Source: Camelus dromedarius (lineage: Eukaryota). Taken from it: 64,000 bases of DNA. A model generated the notes under the pieces. That model saw nothing but the letters and a program-made list of their open reading frames with translations. It was not told the origin of the DNA and searched no databases. Position 1 is the stretch's first letter; each line of letters starts with the position of its first letter. The position numbers were made by a program, and so were the translations under genes. Shown one piece after another: positions 11,986 through 25,654 of the stretch. The stretch lies in NCBI RefSeq assembly GCF_036321535.1, contig NC_087461.1, forward strand, positions 21,204,001 to 21,268,000, in the 5' to 3' direction.

Positions 11986-13463
11986 ACTCCTGCATCCACG
12001 CCATGTGGGCACTGTCCCTGGCGGCATGTCTCAGCCCTGCTGTCCTCATGCTCTGAGGGACCCCGGAGCTGGGGGGCTTTCTCGTATGGAGGTGGGACTC
12101 AGTGGTGGCTGCCGGTTGAAGTGAAGATGCGTGTCCCTGTTGAGGGCTGCTCTGCAAAGAGGAGCCTGTCCGAGCAGTCTTTGTTAGACGGCCGTCTGGT
12201 GAGGATGCAGTCGGTGCAGCCTAGAAACGTGCGGGGCGTGGGGGGGGATTACCTGTGCTGTTCCAGCCGCCTGTTTCTGTCCCACACAGCCCTCGGCCCC
12301 TTTCCAGGGCAGCCCTGGGGGGAGGTAGGCTGGTGGCTCTTGGCTGTGCTCCTCCCTGTGGCTGGGAACAGGCTTGCCCTCTCGGCAGCTTTGAACTCAC
12401 GGCACAAGCACAGTGATGTGGCCAAGAGATGGGCGGGTCCACATGCGGTCTGGTACCTGTCATCTCCTGTAAGACTGACGGTCCTCCCACGGAGATGGCA
12501 GAAGCCAGCGTTTTTGTCTCCCATTTAATCCATCTGGCCTCTCCATGTTGTGTGTCTGTCTGGATCAAGAGCTTTGTATTCTGGGACCCATTATCTCCTA
12601 GGCCCTACCTGTGTTTGACAGGTCAGGGCATCCACAATCTGCTCCCTCTTCTATGCAAATCACACGCCCCGCCTGGCTCCCAGCGAGCAGCGCCTGCTTC
12701 CCCCATGATAAATCAGCGTCCGTTGCTGCCAAGACCATGGATGCTGAATAACTTTCCTTTGTTTTGTTTTTGAAAATAGCCCCGTTATCGTCCCTCAATT
12801 AAAAGTTGCCAAATCGTAAGCTTCACTCTCAGTCCAGTAACAGCTTTTGGTTGGGGTCAAGGGGAACAACAAAGCCGAGTGCCATCCTGCTCATGGCACC
12901 TCTCAGTTTTAAGATCTATCCAGTTTACTATTTTAAATGTGAGAGTTGGATGTCTTGAAAACAGGGAGAGATTACTTTTGAGTAGCTTGCCTACTTTCTT
13001 AGAGGACTCTTAACAGGGGCCAGAAAAGAGCATTGCTTTATATTTATAGTTGCTTTATGGTTAATTCAGGTTAGCAGTGTGAGGTTTGAGGAAACTGAAT
13101 GTATGTTAGTGAAGCAGCTCATCTGAGAGCTTCCAGGGGAAGTTTGGTTTATTTTATGAGCTTCCAGGTAGCACATTGCATGGATGGCTCAGACTTTGCA
13201 CTCTCACATCCTGCACACTTCTCACACCTTTTATGGGTACTGATTTGAGCAAAAGTAATGCAAACTAGGTCTAATTGTACCTTAAGAAGCCACATTAGAT
13301 TTCCGTAAATCTGTAGAGGAAGAGTTCAGGATGTGAGTTTCAAAATCACAGAGCACTTTGTAGAAGGTTCCCCATTTGGTTAATCCGTCTTAATGGCTAG
13401 TTGGGTGTTGATCTATAAGAAATACTTTTTCTGAATTGCTAAGAGTTAGAATAACCTGTTGTA

Positions 13464-13549
13464 TTTTTTTTTTTAAGGGAGGTACTGGGAATTGAACCCA
13501 GGACCTTGTGCATGCTGAGCACGTGCTCTGCCCCTGAACTGCACCCTCC
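13464..13549 (-). mobile_element. tRNA-Ala-derived camelid SINE with 12-bp TSD
   Basis: polyT-aagggaggtactgggaattgaacccaggaccttgtgcatgctgagcacgtgctctgcccctgaactgcaccctcc. agaataacctgt occurs at both 13448-13459 and 13567-13578. Confidence 0.9.
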
Positions 13550-14329
13550 GTCCCTCCCTCCCTCCAAGAATAACCTGTCTTATCCTCTTAGGCCAACTTG
13601 TATACTTAAGTATCACTTGCAGTTTAAGAAAAGGAGCCTTAATTTTAGGGGTTTTCTGAACGCAGCAGGGGTGGACGCATGGGGAGGGGCCCAGTCTGTT
13701 CCTGGTACTTCTTTTTCTAGGAGAAAAGTAAGTTAAGCTGAAAGTATGATGAAAAGTCACATCTGAAGTATTTGAATTGTAGAGTCCTCATTTTAAGCAT
13801 TTTTTGATAGGGAAAAAGTGTGTAACAGTAGGACCAAGATCATCCTTGGAAACTGAACCGCAAGTGCGTGCGCTCTGATATGCAGCCCTGTGAGTTTCCT
13901 AGGATATTAAACTTACAAATGGGAAAACTCGTTACACTAAAACTACTATAAAGTATTCATGAGTTGTGGCACCTAAAATCTGATATTGAGGCTGTAAGTT
14001 CCTGAGGGGCTGGGGGTGGTTCAGTCCAGTGGATAATCTGACACTTGAGAAGCGATGTGGTTAGTGGCTGAGGGCCACGGTGGTGTGCAGGTTGCCATGG
14101 TACCAAAGCCTGGGGGACCCACTCAGCCCTCAAGGAGTTCGAGTGGAGGGGGAGGTGGTGGGGAAAGTGCATCCCAGAAGAGGCCGTGGTTGCAGCAAGT
14201 CCTGCTGCTTTGAGTGGTCCTCAGTGGGATGCAGAGGGACGTAGGGGCACGTGCGTGGGGACCGTCTCCGGAGTAAGGGTGATGTGCCCCCTGCAGGTGA
14301 GAGTGCCCTAAGGAATGGGGTTTAAGACA

Positions 14330-14990
14330 TAGACAGAGCATGGATCACAGGCAGCCTTGTTTAAATGGTTTTTGTTTATAATAAGGACAGTGAAGAGCAT
14401 TTGAAGAGCCTCGAGCGAAAGAATATGGTTGCTGGGGAGGCAGGTTGGAGAGCGGGAGGTTGGGGACAACGCGGCAAGCAGCGGGGTTGTTGGCGAGATC
14501 AGCTCTCTGATGGTGACGTGATCTGGGTGAGGGGTGATGCCTGGCAGTGCCAGACAGAAGGCAGAAACTGCGGCTGCGGGCTTAGCTGCTCACACACAAG
14601 AAGACGGATGATGAGGTTGGAGCTTGCTCATTAGCACCTCCCGCTCAGACACTCAGAATCACCATCTCACCGTGTAATCACCCCATTACCAAGTTTTCTT
14701 AATTTTTCCCCAGGAAATCTCCGCATTTCACTCCTCCTGTCCAGTCTAGCCCAAATCCTCAATATTTAATATCTGAAGATGTGAGGGTGCCCTCCCTGGT
14801 CCTACTGTCCCTAGACCTGCTGAGTTAACTCGCGGTCCTTCTGTGCCCCTTCTCACTCAGACCATGCGCTGTCTGCCAGGTGCGTCTGTCTCTGCCCCTG
14901 GCTCTCCCCTACCCCCCTCCCATTGGACTGTCATCTTCCTTCTTCAGGAAACTCCCCCCAAGCAATCTGGCTCTCCCTTGACTTTCTAAA
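14330..14990. mobile_element. Probable old L2 LINE fragments
   Basis: Degenerate purine-rich then pyrimidine-rich sequence resembling L2; recognised by eye only, boundaries approximate. Confidence 0.35.
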
Positions 14991-15002
14991 GCCTTAACTG
15001 AG

Positions 15003-15490
15003 CATGGATGTTCCCCGATTTACAATGGTTCCACCTACAATTTTTCAACTTTATGATGGTTCAAAAGTGACATGCATTTGGTCGAAAACATAAGTCTGGC
15101 TTTGAATTTGGATCTGCTCCCTCGTCAGTGGTGTGCAGATCCTCTCTGGAGATGCTGGGTGGTGAGAGCCAGCTGCCCCTCCCCGTCAGCCCCACCATTG
15201 TGAGGGAACACAACCAGTGCACTGACAGCCAGTCCGGTTTTCACTTTCAGTGCAGCAGTCACTGAATTACATGAGACCTTCAACACTTTGTTCTAATGTA
15301 GGCTCTGTGTTAGACGACTTAGCCCAACTGTGGGAAAAAAATGTAAGTGTTCTGAGCACATGGAAGGCAAGGAGGCTAAGCCCTGATGTTCGGTGGTTAG
15401 GTGTATTCAGTGTATTTTTGACTTGTGGTATTTTCAATTTATGTTGGGTTTATCGAGCCATTACCCCATCATAAGTCAAAGTAAATCTAT
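15003..15490. mobile_element. Tigger4/MER46-like TcMar-Tigger DNA transposon fossil
   Basis: Ends resemble the inverted termini (gatgttccccgatttacaatgg ... accccatcataagtcaaagtaaatct). Internal gtaagtgttctgagcac...ggctaagc..tgatgttcggtggttaggtgtatt matches recalled Tigger4. Confidence 0.75.
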
Positions 15491-18400
15491 ATATAGAATG
15501 TGTCTGAGACTTTTTAGTATAAAGTGTGTTTTTTTTTAACATCAAGAAATTTTTGTGGATCTCCCAATATGGATTTATGATGTGAGAGTTAAGAGCACTG
15601 ACTTTGTCATTTTGATTTCTCAATAAATGGCAAAACAGCTTTGCTAGCCACTCACTGTTTCATCACACTTGCATATTTTTGTGTTGTTATTTGTTTTTGC
15701 TTTTCCACTTAAAGAGTCAGAGCAGTGACTTGGACTCTTTTCCCTTGACACCATAAATAATATTTTGTAGATTGTTAAAACATCCACTTGACAGCAATTC
15801 CGTCCTTGATAAAAAATGAAATTCTTGGTGGCCATTGCAACAGGAGGGTTATGAACGCTGCCGTTTTCCTTGTGCAGCCGGCCCGTTCGGTCTGTTGAAT
15901 TGAAAGCCTTCAGCTTCTCTGTAGGTTGTCCCCGTGGGCGGGAGACAGTCTCCGCCGGGGACCATCGTTTGAACGTGAAAATCGGTTGTTCACCGAAAAC
16001 ACGTTTGCAGGGTTGGAAGAGGGAGGAGCCGAGCCTCCTGTGCTTGCTCCGCAGCGCCCTCTCGGGGACGGGGAGGTGGAGGTGACACCCTGCCCGGAGC
16101 TTCAGGAACGTTTTCCCCGTCTGTTTGGAGGGATGCAGTGAGGGAAGTTACGGTGTAAAGCAGAAGTGAAGAATGAATGGTCTTTGGTGGCCGGTCTCTC
16201 GGAGTGCAGTTTTATTGTTCTGTCTCTCTACTGCTCACCCCACTGTAAACTGAGAGGTGTTTTTTTTCCTTTTAAATGAAATAAATTTAATTTTAAAACA
16301 GTGTTTTAGGAGTCACCCATCTGAACATCCCTGCCGCTCCTGAAGCCCCTTCTCTGAGACCCCTGATCAGTGTCACCTGACTCCTTCCTGTCCTTTTCGC
16401 TGTCGCGGTCAGACCCTTTGTTCTTCATAACGTCAGTTATTATTCCCACCCTGCACTTGAGTATAAAAGCTTCTTAATTTTTCATATCTCTTGCCAGCTT
16501 TGTGTGTGTGTGTTTTTACTGTTCTGAAAAAGCGAAGTTTTTCCATTGCCAGGAACTCATCATTCTGATGTTAAAAGTCAGGGTCCAGGAAAGCAGATCC
16601 AATTATTCGACACCATCTGTATCACTAGCTGTTCATTTCCCACATCTTTTCCTCCTTTTCGAAAGTCAGATTAGTCAACTAAAATAAGAAACAAAAATAA
16701 TATATATTTATATTTATAATAAGAAAGTTCTCGAATCCCACGCAGGACTCTGCAGTGCCTGGGAGCCCAGTCCGCATTTATTTTTATTACATTGTGTTTT
16801 ATGAAACATTAGTCAGTAGAACTCTGTGGTGATCAGTGGATTTGCTCAGTCTAGTGAACCTTTCCAGTTACTAATGTCTCATTTTAACTCACTCCTTTTA
16901 AATTTTGTTTTAAGAAGATAGAGTGAGAAGACTGGGTAATCTTGTGTACAATTACATTTAATCCTTTGTCTTCCAAAGTAAATTGTAAATTACTCAGGAG
17001 TATGTGGGGTTTTTTTAAAATTAGATATTTCTAATTCCTAGAGTTGCTCTTTACAAACAGAGGGCAATAAAAGCTGGTTTTCACACGATTACCTGTTTGC
17101 TCATGCACCCCACAAACATTCAGTGGCCCCTTTGGCTGAGCCCTCAGAGGAGAGTGCTTGTTTCCTGGTGAATAGCAAGTAATGTTGTCATTTTCATTTT
17201 GTCCTTCCTCTGTTTTGTATTTCTCTGGATGTTTGCACCAATTCGTTTAACACTAGTAATAAGTCTGAAGAAATCATTTAATTCTAGTCACATTGTCAGC
17301 ACGGCCTAGGATGTCACTCATGGCGACATCTCCCTCCTGAGGTAAGTGGCACTGAGGGGCTCCCAGCTGCTCTAAGGTTTGACTTATACAATGTACCTCT
17401 TAGGATGCGTTCAGCTGCGTTTATTCAAAAATCCACCTCAGACTGGCTCAGTCCGTATGGAAGCGCACTGTCCTGTATAACTGGGGTCTGGAGCTGGCGT
17501 TATTGGTGCCACAGCCTGATGGTGGAATCAGAGACCCACCCCTTCCTGCCCACTCTGTCGCGCCATCCTCAAGTGCCCTTATTCACAGGGGAACTGCAGG
17601 GCCTTGTACTTCCTGGCTCGTATCCGACTGAGGGGAGTGAGCCTTCTCCCTGAGCCTGGAATGTGTCCATGTGGGGTGATGGCGCCTTTCTTGGACTTGT
17701 AACATTGGACTAGTAATTCAGCGGGGGCGGGCACCCATAGACTAGGGTGAACTTAGTAATGAACGCACCCCTTAAGGCTGGGTTGCATTCCTGAACATGA
17801 TCAGGGTTGCATTAGAAAGAAGAAAGGAAGGAATGGACTTTGGATAAGCAAGCAACAGAGATCATTTCAGTACCAACAGTAGTGTTGCTTCTCATTGAGG
17901 GGTAGGGGGAGATGAATGACCGTGTGGCTTAGAGTCAACTTTCGACAGTGAAATGTTTGTGATGACCAGGTAGAAATATTTCTTGAAGGCAGAAGCTCCA
18001 GAACTTTGAGTTTCAGTTGAAACCTAAGTCCGTTTCTCCAGAATCGTTGGCAGCTACATGCCCTGTCTTTTCCAGACTTCTCAGTGACCCCGTCCTCACG
18101 TGATACCTTGCAGAACTGAGTAGCTCAATTTGTAACATGAACTGGAATTTTAGTTGAGCTGTATTTGCATCTGTTGAAAATATGGTAATTAGGTGCGTCT
18201 CAATTGCAGAACGTGCTGCCTTAGAGAGAATTAAGCCGCTTCATGTTTTACCTTCTTTAGAAAGAGAAACGGGAGAGTCTGTGTTGATGGGACGGTAGCT
18301 GGCAGTTCAGCGCGTGTAGAGGCTAAAACAGGCAGAAATGGGGGTCAGAAACAGAAGCTCCCACTTGTCTGGAAGGGGACAAGCATCTTCCTTTGTGCAG

Positions 18401-21400
18401 AGCATCTGCCAAAGGAAAGCAAATGTGACCTGGAAAGAGCAAAGTTAAGGAGAAAAAAAATGTAAATTTATACAGCATTTAAAGTGGCGAGTCACCTAAA
18501 TGTAGGCTTGTGTGCAGGTCTCGCGTCGGCATCTACTCTGCGAATACAACGGGTCAAACTCTTCCCTGGTAGTATGTTCCCAGTGCTGTTCTGACTTGAA
18601 AAAGTGTTTCTATGACTATTTTTTGTTTGTTTTCTTAGTTAAAGGGAATAAAAATATTTTATGCACCGTATTATAAAGCTACTATTAAATGTACAAAGAC
18701 TGGTTTTAAAACTTAAATCAGTGACCTCGACTATATACATTTGTTAAAGAAATTCAGCATGTGTAACCAATTTATTTAAACTTTTAAAAACCACAGTGAT
18801 TCGGCAGAGGGACAGGGTAAAGTGTTTCCTATGTTTTTCTGTCGAATGATTTTCGAGTTTGAAGCATATATAGTGCGATGCTCTAAAAGAACATCTTATG
18901 TTTGTACATACGAAGCCACATATTGCTAAATATTTTTAATTAGCTGGCATTCAGAGGGATTCGTTAAATCATACACCCCCGGAAGAGTTTCTGTGAGGGT
19001 GCGCTATCTATGTCAGTGTTCACAATAAGCATAAAGAATTCTCAAACGTGCACACGTCCTTTCAACACAGCCCACCTGCTGGGGGGCAGGACACCGGGCT
19101 CGGTGTTTGCATCTTATAAAATGAGGTCACAAAACCTCAGGTTAATAAACGGTTTAACACTAATTTCCCCAGTTTCACCTGGTGAAGGAAATGTTACATG
19201 ATGTACACGAGGAAAGTACCGTGCACGTGGGAGGCTCTGGCACCCAGTGCGGCTCCAGCCTATGGTGGTGAAGGCACCGCCTTCACTCTGCTTGGAGCCA
19301 AGCGCAGACATATGCCCCGCGTGCGGCTGCCAGGACCGTTAGGCAGAAAACGCACAGAACTGCCACCGATCCTTCCATTCATGATTTATGGTAATGGTTG
19401 CTGGGGAAGACTAAGTCATTTACATTTATTGAGCTCATTTTTTTGTTTATAGTTTCAGACATTGTGCAGGGCTCTAAAGCCCATTAGACCACGTGAATAG
19501 TGCTAACAATAACAGCATAAAAATATACCAGGACCTGATTAGAGCTGTGCGAGAACAATGGGCTTTCCTGGTGTTACTGTGGCTGGGGTGTGGCTAGTTT
19601 TGTCGGGCTTAATTAGAGGAGCCTGGGCATTGTTCTGAAGCCAGAGGGGTGGTGACACGCAGGGTGAAAGTTTGTTTGCCTGGGGTAAAGGTTTACCAGT
19701 AGTCTGCCAGCGAACAGCCAGTCACGGGCAGCTGCTGTCTGCCCCGCAGTCTTCAGTCTGGAAGCTTAGAGAAAGGGAAACCTGCAGTCCTGCCCTAGGA
19801 GAGGTGCGGTAGTAGAAGTTGGTACAAAGGGGAACATGCAGGGAAAGGCAGTTTTGCATGCGGGACTTTGAGAAGAGTCACCGGCACCCATTTGTCTAGC
19901 TGAGTGGACCAGCAAGCACACCCAAGTCTTACAGCTCCTGAGGACCTTGGAGAACTGTTTTATAACGACTTGATCCATTACATCAAAGTCCAGAGCACAC
20001 CCGTTTCCCTAGGTGTGGAGGTTTGCCATCAGGTGGAGCAAGCCAGCCGTGTTCACGGGTGCTGTTCGATAACCCTGCTTAGCTGTACGTACGTCCTCGT
20101 GGGGAGTGCTCCTTTGAAAAGACTACACAGGAGGAAGCCCTTGGGGTTGCCGTCCTTCCCAGGCTATTCTTTCCCTGCTCTGTGGACCACACAGAAATCA
20201 GAGCCCTGAACCCAGCATTTACTTGTAAAGCTATGGATTGTCACTAGCAAGGCCCAGCTGAAAGTCATAACTGGTCTCCTTTCACAAGCCCACGTTTCCT
20301 GCTTCCATATGAATTGACAGAGAGGGAAAGAAGCAACTGACTTAAAAGCTGCCTTGTCCCTTGGAGGGGGACAGTGGCTCTGTCAGGTGTCCCAGCACAG
20401 AGGGAGGCCACCCTGTCGGCTCGTCTCCCGGGCTGCGAGCCTGTCCCAGAGTCTCTGGGCACACCTGACTGGGCTTCTGGAGTCAGTTCATCAGTATGAG
20501 CTACAGTCGCAGCACAGAGCGGCCACGCAGGATTGACGCTGGGTTTCTGGGCTACAGCGCTGGCTGCCGGGATGAGCTTCCAGGCAAACCGAGAAGAGAT
20601 GAGATGATAAATGACCCACATACATTGCTGTATGAAGCATGAAACTGAGCAGTCACAAGCCGACTTGATCAGATTGCTGCATGAGGTCTGGCTAGGGATA
20701 GCTGGACTGGCCCACCCCAGCAGAGAGAGCCCCAACCCGCAGTGTGCCCCCCCGCACCTCTCTCCCCCAGCAGAAGAGGGGAGAAGTCGGTCTGTGTGAC
20801 CTTCAGAGTACCTACCGGAGTTAGACACCGTGATATTTTTACTCTTCGGCTATCCCTAGGGCGTGACCTGCTGGGATGGGAAATCTGTTGGCTCCTATTT
20901 TTAATCAAACGTGGAAACAAAAGAAATCAACACTTTTTTTTTAGTGTTATGTGAATGGCTGGCATTTTGTGGGGAAAAACAGTGTTCCTTGGTCATGGTT
21001 CTGCCGTCACCTGACGGCCTCTTCTCAGACTGTGAGGTCTCCCATCAGGACACTGAGGGCTCAGGCCATTTCAGCCGCTGTCCTGTAGTCCTGATTCTGT
21101 GTTCTGCTGACGCTGGCACTGGGGACCGGCAAGACCGAGTTTCCCTTGAAGATACACGAACTGGTTGTAGAGGTGTGTTCTCTGTGAAGGGTTTCCGACT
21201 GTCTTACGCGGTTCTGTGTTAGAAGAAGTTCAGAAGCGCTGATTCCTCCTTTATTTGTTCATGCGGGGGGGAAGGTGACCTCAGATTGTAAGGGGTGACC
21301 ATGGAGCCCTGACCGTTCTTATTATATTTGGAAGAAAACCTTAGGCAACTCATCTGGAAAAAGATTTCTGAAAATGGTTATTAATATGGGCATCGGATGC

Positions 21401-22035
21401 TTTTTAATAGAGAAATACCTAAAGTTCTTTTGTAGGTGGAAACCCACTCTAGTTGTCATTCTTTCAAAGGCGAAAAGTTGGGGGTTATGTCCTTGGACCA
21501 TGTGCTTACTGAGCGTTGGTTCAGAGGATGAGCTATGGTTATCAGTGAGGAGCGCTTTTATTTGCGCAGTTCAAAGGAGTGTGAGGCTGTGAATTTATGC
21601 CTTTGTGTCTCCACCCACCTCTGCCCACTGGCCATGGTGTAGACCAGTGTGCAGACTTACGTGGGTTAGAACACATACTGGCAGGCTCTGGTGATGTTGG
21701 CCTCGTGATGAAAGATAATGACGCTAGAAGGAGGAGGCAGAGCGGCTGTGAAGATCCAGTCTCCTGCGCGCAGGAATCCCGGGGTGGGGGGGCGGCTGAG
21801 GAAGCAAGCTCACTGCTGGTACTGGTGCCCACTGCTGACCGGCGCAGCTTAGCAAGTTAACGGGGGCCGCGGTGGGTGCACAGGGTGCTCAGCCAAGAGG
21901 AAAGGAGGCTCTTGGCAGGGGCTGCATGTCTTCTTTCTGCAGGGGGAGCGCACAGGAGCCTCAGGGGTCCTGCTGTGCGATGAGGGCTTGCTGACCCCCC
22001 ACCGTGTGCGCCCCGCCTCAGCGAGCTGGGTGCTG

Positions 22036-22137
22036 CCACTGTCGCTGTTACCCTTACTGTGACTGTTGGTGTTAGTGTGTCTGTTGTCAGTGTCACTGTC
22101 ACTGTTAGGGTTACCTTTGCTACTGCTGTTGCTGTTC
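22036..22137. repeat. Degenerate hexamer low-complexity repeat, (GTCACT/GTTACT)n-like
   Basis: actgtcgctgttacccttactgtgactgttggtgttagtgtgtctgttgtcagtgtcactgtcactgttagggttacc... Confidence 0.7.
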
Positions 22138-22167
22138 CTCCCTGACCGGTGGCCACCCCCTTCCCTG

Positions 22168-22470
22168 AGGCGCACGCACACAAGGGCCCCCTTTCCCACA
22201 GGCGCACGCACACAAGGGCCCCCTCCCCCCAGGCGCACGCACACAAGGGCCCCCTTCCCCCAGGTGCACGCACACAAGGGCCCCCTCCCCCCAGGCGCAC
22301 GCACACAGGGGCCCCCTCCCCCCAGGCGCATGCACACATGTTCCCCCTCCCCCCAGGCGCACGCACACAAGGGCCCCCTTCCCCCAGGTGCACGCACACA
22401 AGGGCCCTCTCCCCCCAGGCGCACGCACACAAGGGCCCCCCCCTTCCCCAAGGCACACGCACACACGGGC
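22168..22470. repeat. GC-rich minisatellite, 31-bp unit, 9 full copies plus 1 partial
   Basis: Unit aggcgcacgcacacaagggccccctcccccc starts at 22168, 22200, 22231, 22262, 22293, 22324, 22355, 22386, 22417, 22451. Confidence 0.97.
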
Positions 22471-22515
22471 AGCGTCATCCACAACCGCACTCCTCCCGAT
22501 TCTACTCAGAAGTAA

Positions 22516-22860
<345 letters not shown>

Positions 22861-24721
22861 TAGGTGCCGGGGAGGGCCGCAGGTCTGGCGCCTCCTCTGA
22901 TTCCCCGGCTTCGCCTGACCTTTTGCTTTCTTGAGGATGTCATCTGAGCTATTTCACACCCCTTCAAAGAGCCTGAGAGATGCCAGCCGTGTAGACAACG
23001 GTAGAGAGGAAGGAGGGGCGTTCTGAGCCCCACTGGGGCGTCGCAGGCGTGGGGACGCAGGGCTGGGTCTCGTTCGTTCCTTCGTGCCTGTGAACAGCGG
23101 CTGGGTGTTTAGTTGGGTAGCGTGTGAAGGTGCGTCCCTGACAAGCCCAACAGAGCTTCAGTGAAACCATGCGTTCATTTAACACTTACGAATTCAGTCA
23201 GTAGAGACGTCATTCTGCGTAGTCGCTGCCTGCTCCCTGACGGCTGTTTTTGTGCCCCTAAATTATACTCTCGGATTACTTAGCCGGTCATTTATTTTTC
23301 ACAAATCCTTGCTGCACAATAAAAGTGACAAGTTACTCAGAAGTTGCTCTGAAACTTCTCCCATAAACGTTCATGTGAGGTGATTGATAATATTCAGGTA
23401 TTTAATGTTAATTATCAAAGATCGCTTGATCGTTCCATAAATAAACCCCCTAAACATATCAAGTTGATGGTTTAAAATGGAAAACATACGGTGTAGGCAC
23501 ATGAATCTTCAAAATACTCCATCTGGCACCACGAGTCCCTTCCTTGTAGCTTTTTGTTTTTAATTGCAAAACGTGCAAAAGGGTCTTTATTTTTGTAGAA
23601 TTCCCTGATTTATGGTCCCGAGTTTGTGCTCCATAACTCAGGGAGCCGCAGACAAGTTGAGGACGTGGGCCCAGCCCACAGGCTGCACACCCAGCAGATG
23701 TGCCCTGGGGGACGTCCGGCTAAGTCACGGGCAGCAGCAGGAGCCATCAGACGTGGGTGACCCTCGCCTGGCCCCCCGGCGGCATCTCCCGCAGGCTCAG
23801 CACGAGCGCAGGTCCCTCCTCCGTGCTGCAGCGTCTGGGAATCTCGTCTTTCCCTTCAGTTCTCCCTGTTTGCACAGCGCTCCTTCTGAGCGCCCCTCAT
23901 TAGAGCCCGCCTCCGGGACACTCAAGGTGGACCTGCCTTCCCGTCCCCTTTGTCTCAGCCTGGGTGTTAGGCGGAGGGCTCTTGTTCCACAGATGCAAAC
24001 TGACAGCTCGTAGCCGGGCACCGCCGTCTGGCACAGAAATAGGGCGGCTGCCCCATCCATCAACATGGAGGGAATCTGCACCACTGTCTTCTTTAAATCA
24101 GAGTGTGAAGTGGGGGGAAAGCTGCCCTGGGACTGGCCGCCCAGCCTGGAGCACAGTGTCGTCTCCCGGGGCCTACTGTACCGGGCGGCGTCCCCTGAAG
24201 GCTGACGGTGGCAGCTTCTATACCGTGTGTGCTGGATGTGGTCTGCTCCTCCTGTGGAATGACAGATGAGCCAACTTCTTTTATTTTACAAACTATACAT
24301 TATTTTAGTTACACAGAATCTGTTCCTGTAACTTGCAGCCCCTGGATAAGAGAGGCTTCACGGTAACATTTTCTTTGGGGGCCAGAGGGGTGGAGAGTGT
24401 GGGGGCCATGGTGAAATTTATATTGTTTCAAAGGGACCCTGAGCGCAGCCTAACCCAACCCCCTTTTTGTGAAAAGTTGTGTAAAACGCTCTCTGATGTT
24501 TTTTCTGGATCGAATTCTCTAGGTTGTACCCACAGCCTGGAGTGAGAGCCAGCCATGACCCACTGTCACTTTGAAGGCCTGCGTATTTTTGAAAATCAGA
24601 CTTCTGTGTTTAAGTGCAAGGGCTGAAGGTTATTTTTTGAAAACTAAGCTCACATTCTCCCAGTCTTTAAGAATGGCCACAAAGAAGATCCCGGACATCC
24701 ACACTTTTTGGGAATGATTTG

Positions 24722-25010
24722 CTGGAGTCGGTCCACACTGGCTTATGAGAACCAAATGTTCAATTTTTAGAAATTCTGGCAGCTGGTTGTTAAACCCAGA
24801 CATTATTAAAAATTAGATCAGTTCTATAAAAAGCAAAGGTAATTAATACGGAAACTCATCACTCCCTTGTTGTTTTATTGCATTTTGCTGCGATCTCTGC
24901 CTTTGAGGCTGTTTACACTGGGTGTGTTTGTGCTGTGTTAACACTAAATGCTAGTGGCTTAAAGTCAGCCACGCAGGGAGTGCTGTCACCCCGGAAAGTG
25001 TACGAATTCC
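24722..25010 (+). mobile_element. MER63-like hAT-Blackjack DNA transposon fossil
   Basis: gctggttgttaaacccagacattattaaaaattag...aaagcaaaggtaattaatacggaaactcatcactccc matches recalled MER63. Confidence 0.65.
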
Positions 25011-25586
25011 ACAGAACAGAGCCTTTTCTCCCAGGAGAGCGCCACACTGCCACATGGGGAACGCAGGTTTATCGTGAGCGGGTTGCAGCATCTTGTCTGG
25101 TTCCCTTGAACGTGATTTCCTTTCGGGAAGTGGCTGAAGCTTCCCGAATGCTGCTCCTTGAAAATGAACTGAGAATACTCTGTTGGACTAAAATGAGCTT
25201 TTTGTTTGATTGTCTCTTGGCTCTCAATCCTTCACAGCATTATGCTATATCCTTAGTATCTGAGAAGATGCTCAAAGCATCGTTAGACTTTTCAAAACAT
25301 TTTTTTTACTGCTTTCTGTGCCTACTGGATCTAATTATTTGAGACTAATAGACTTTCAGATTGATTCTTTTATGTTTTCCTTTTTTTTTATTAAATAACA
25401 GGGGAATATAGTAAGATTTTAAAATCAGTCTCTTTATTCTTTTATGGAGAATAGGATGTGATTTCCTTAGCAGTGTTGCCTTGAAATAGCTTAATCGGAA
25501 TGTGCTTGGGCAAATAACTTCTTAGAACGCCTTGTGAGGAGACTGAAGTGTGGTGCCCAACAGAGGCCTGCAGGTGTCCGGAGCAG

Positions 25587-25588
<2 letters not shown>

Positions 25589-25652
<64 letters not shown>
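25589..25652. repeat. (GT)32 perfect microsatellite
   Basis: 64 bp of uninterrupted GT. Confidence 0.99.

Positions 25653-25654
<2 letters not shown>

Noticed and set aside
22168-22470. Regular repeat array as a CRISPR
   Set aside because: Head-to-tail units without unique spacers, no cas genes, mammalian intron.
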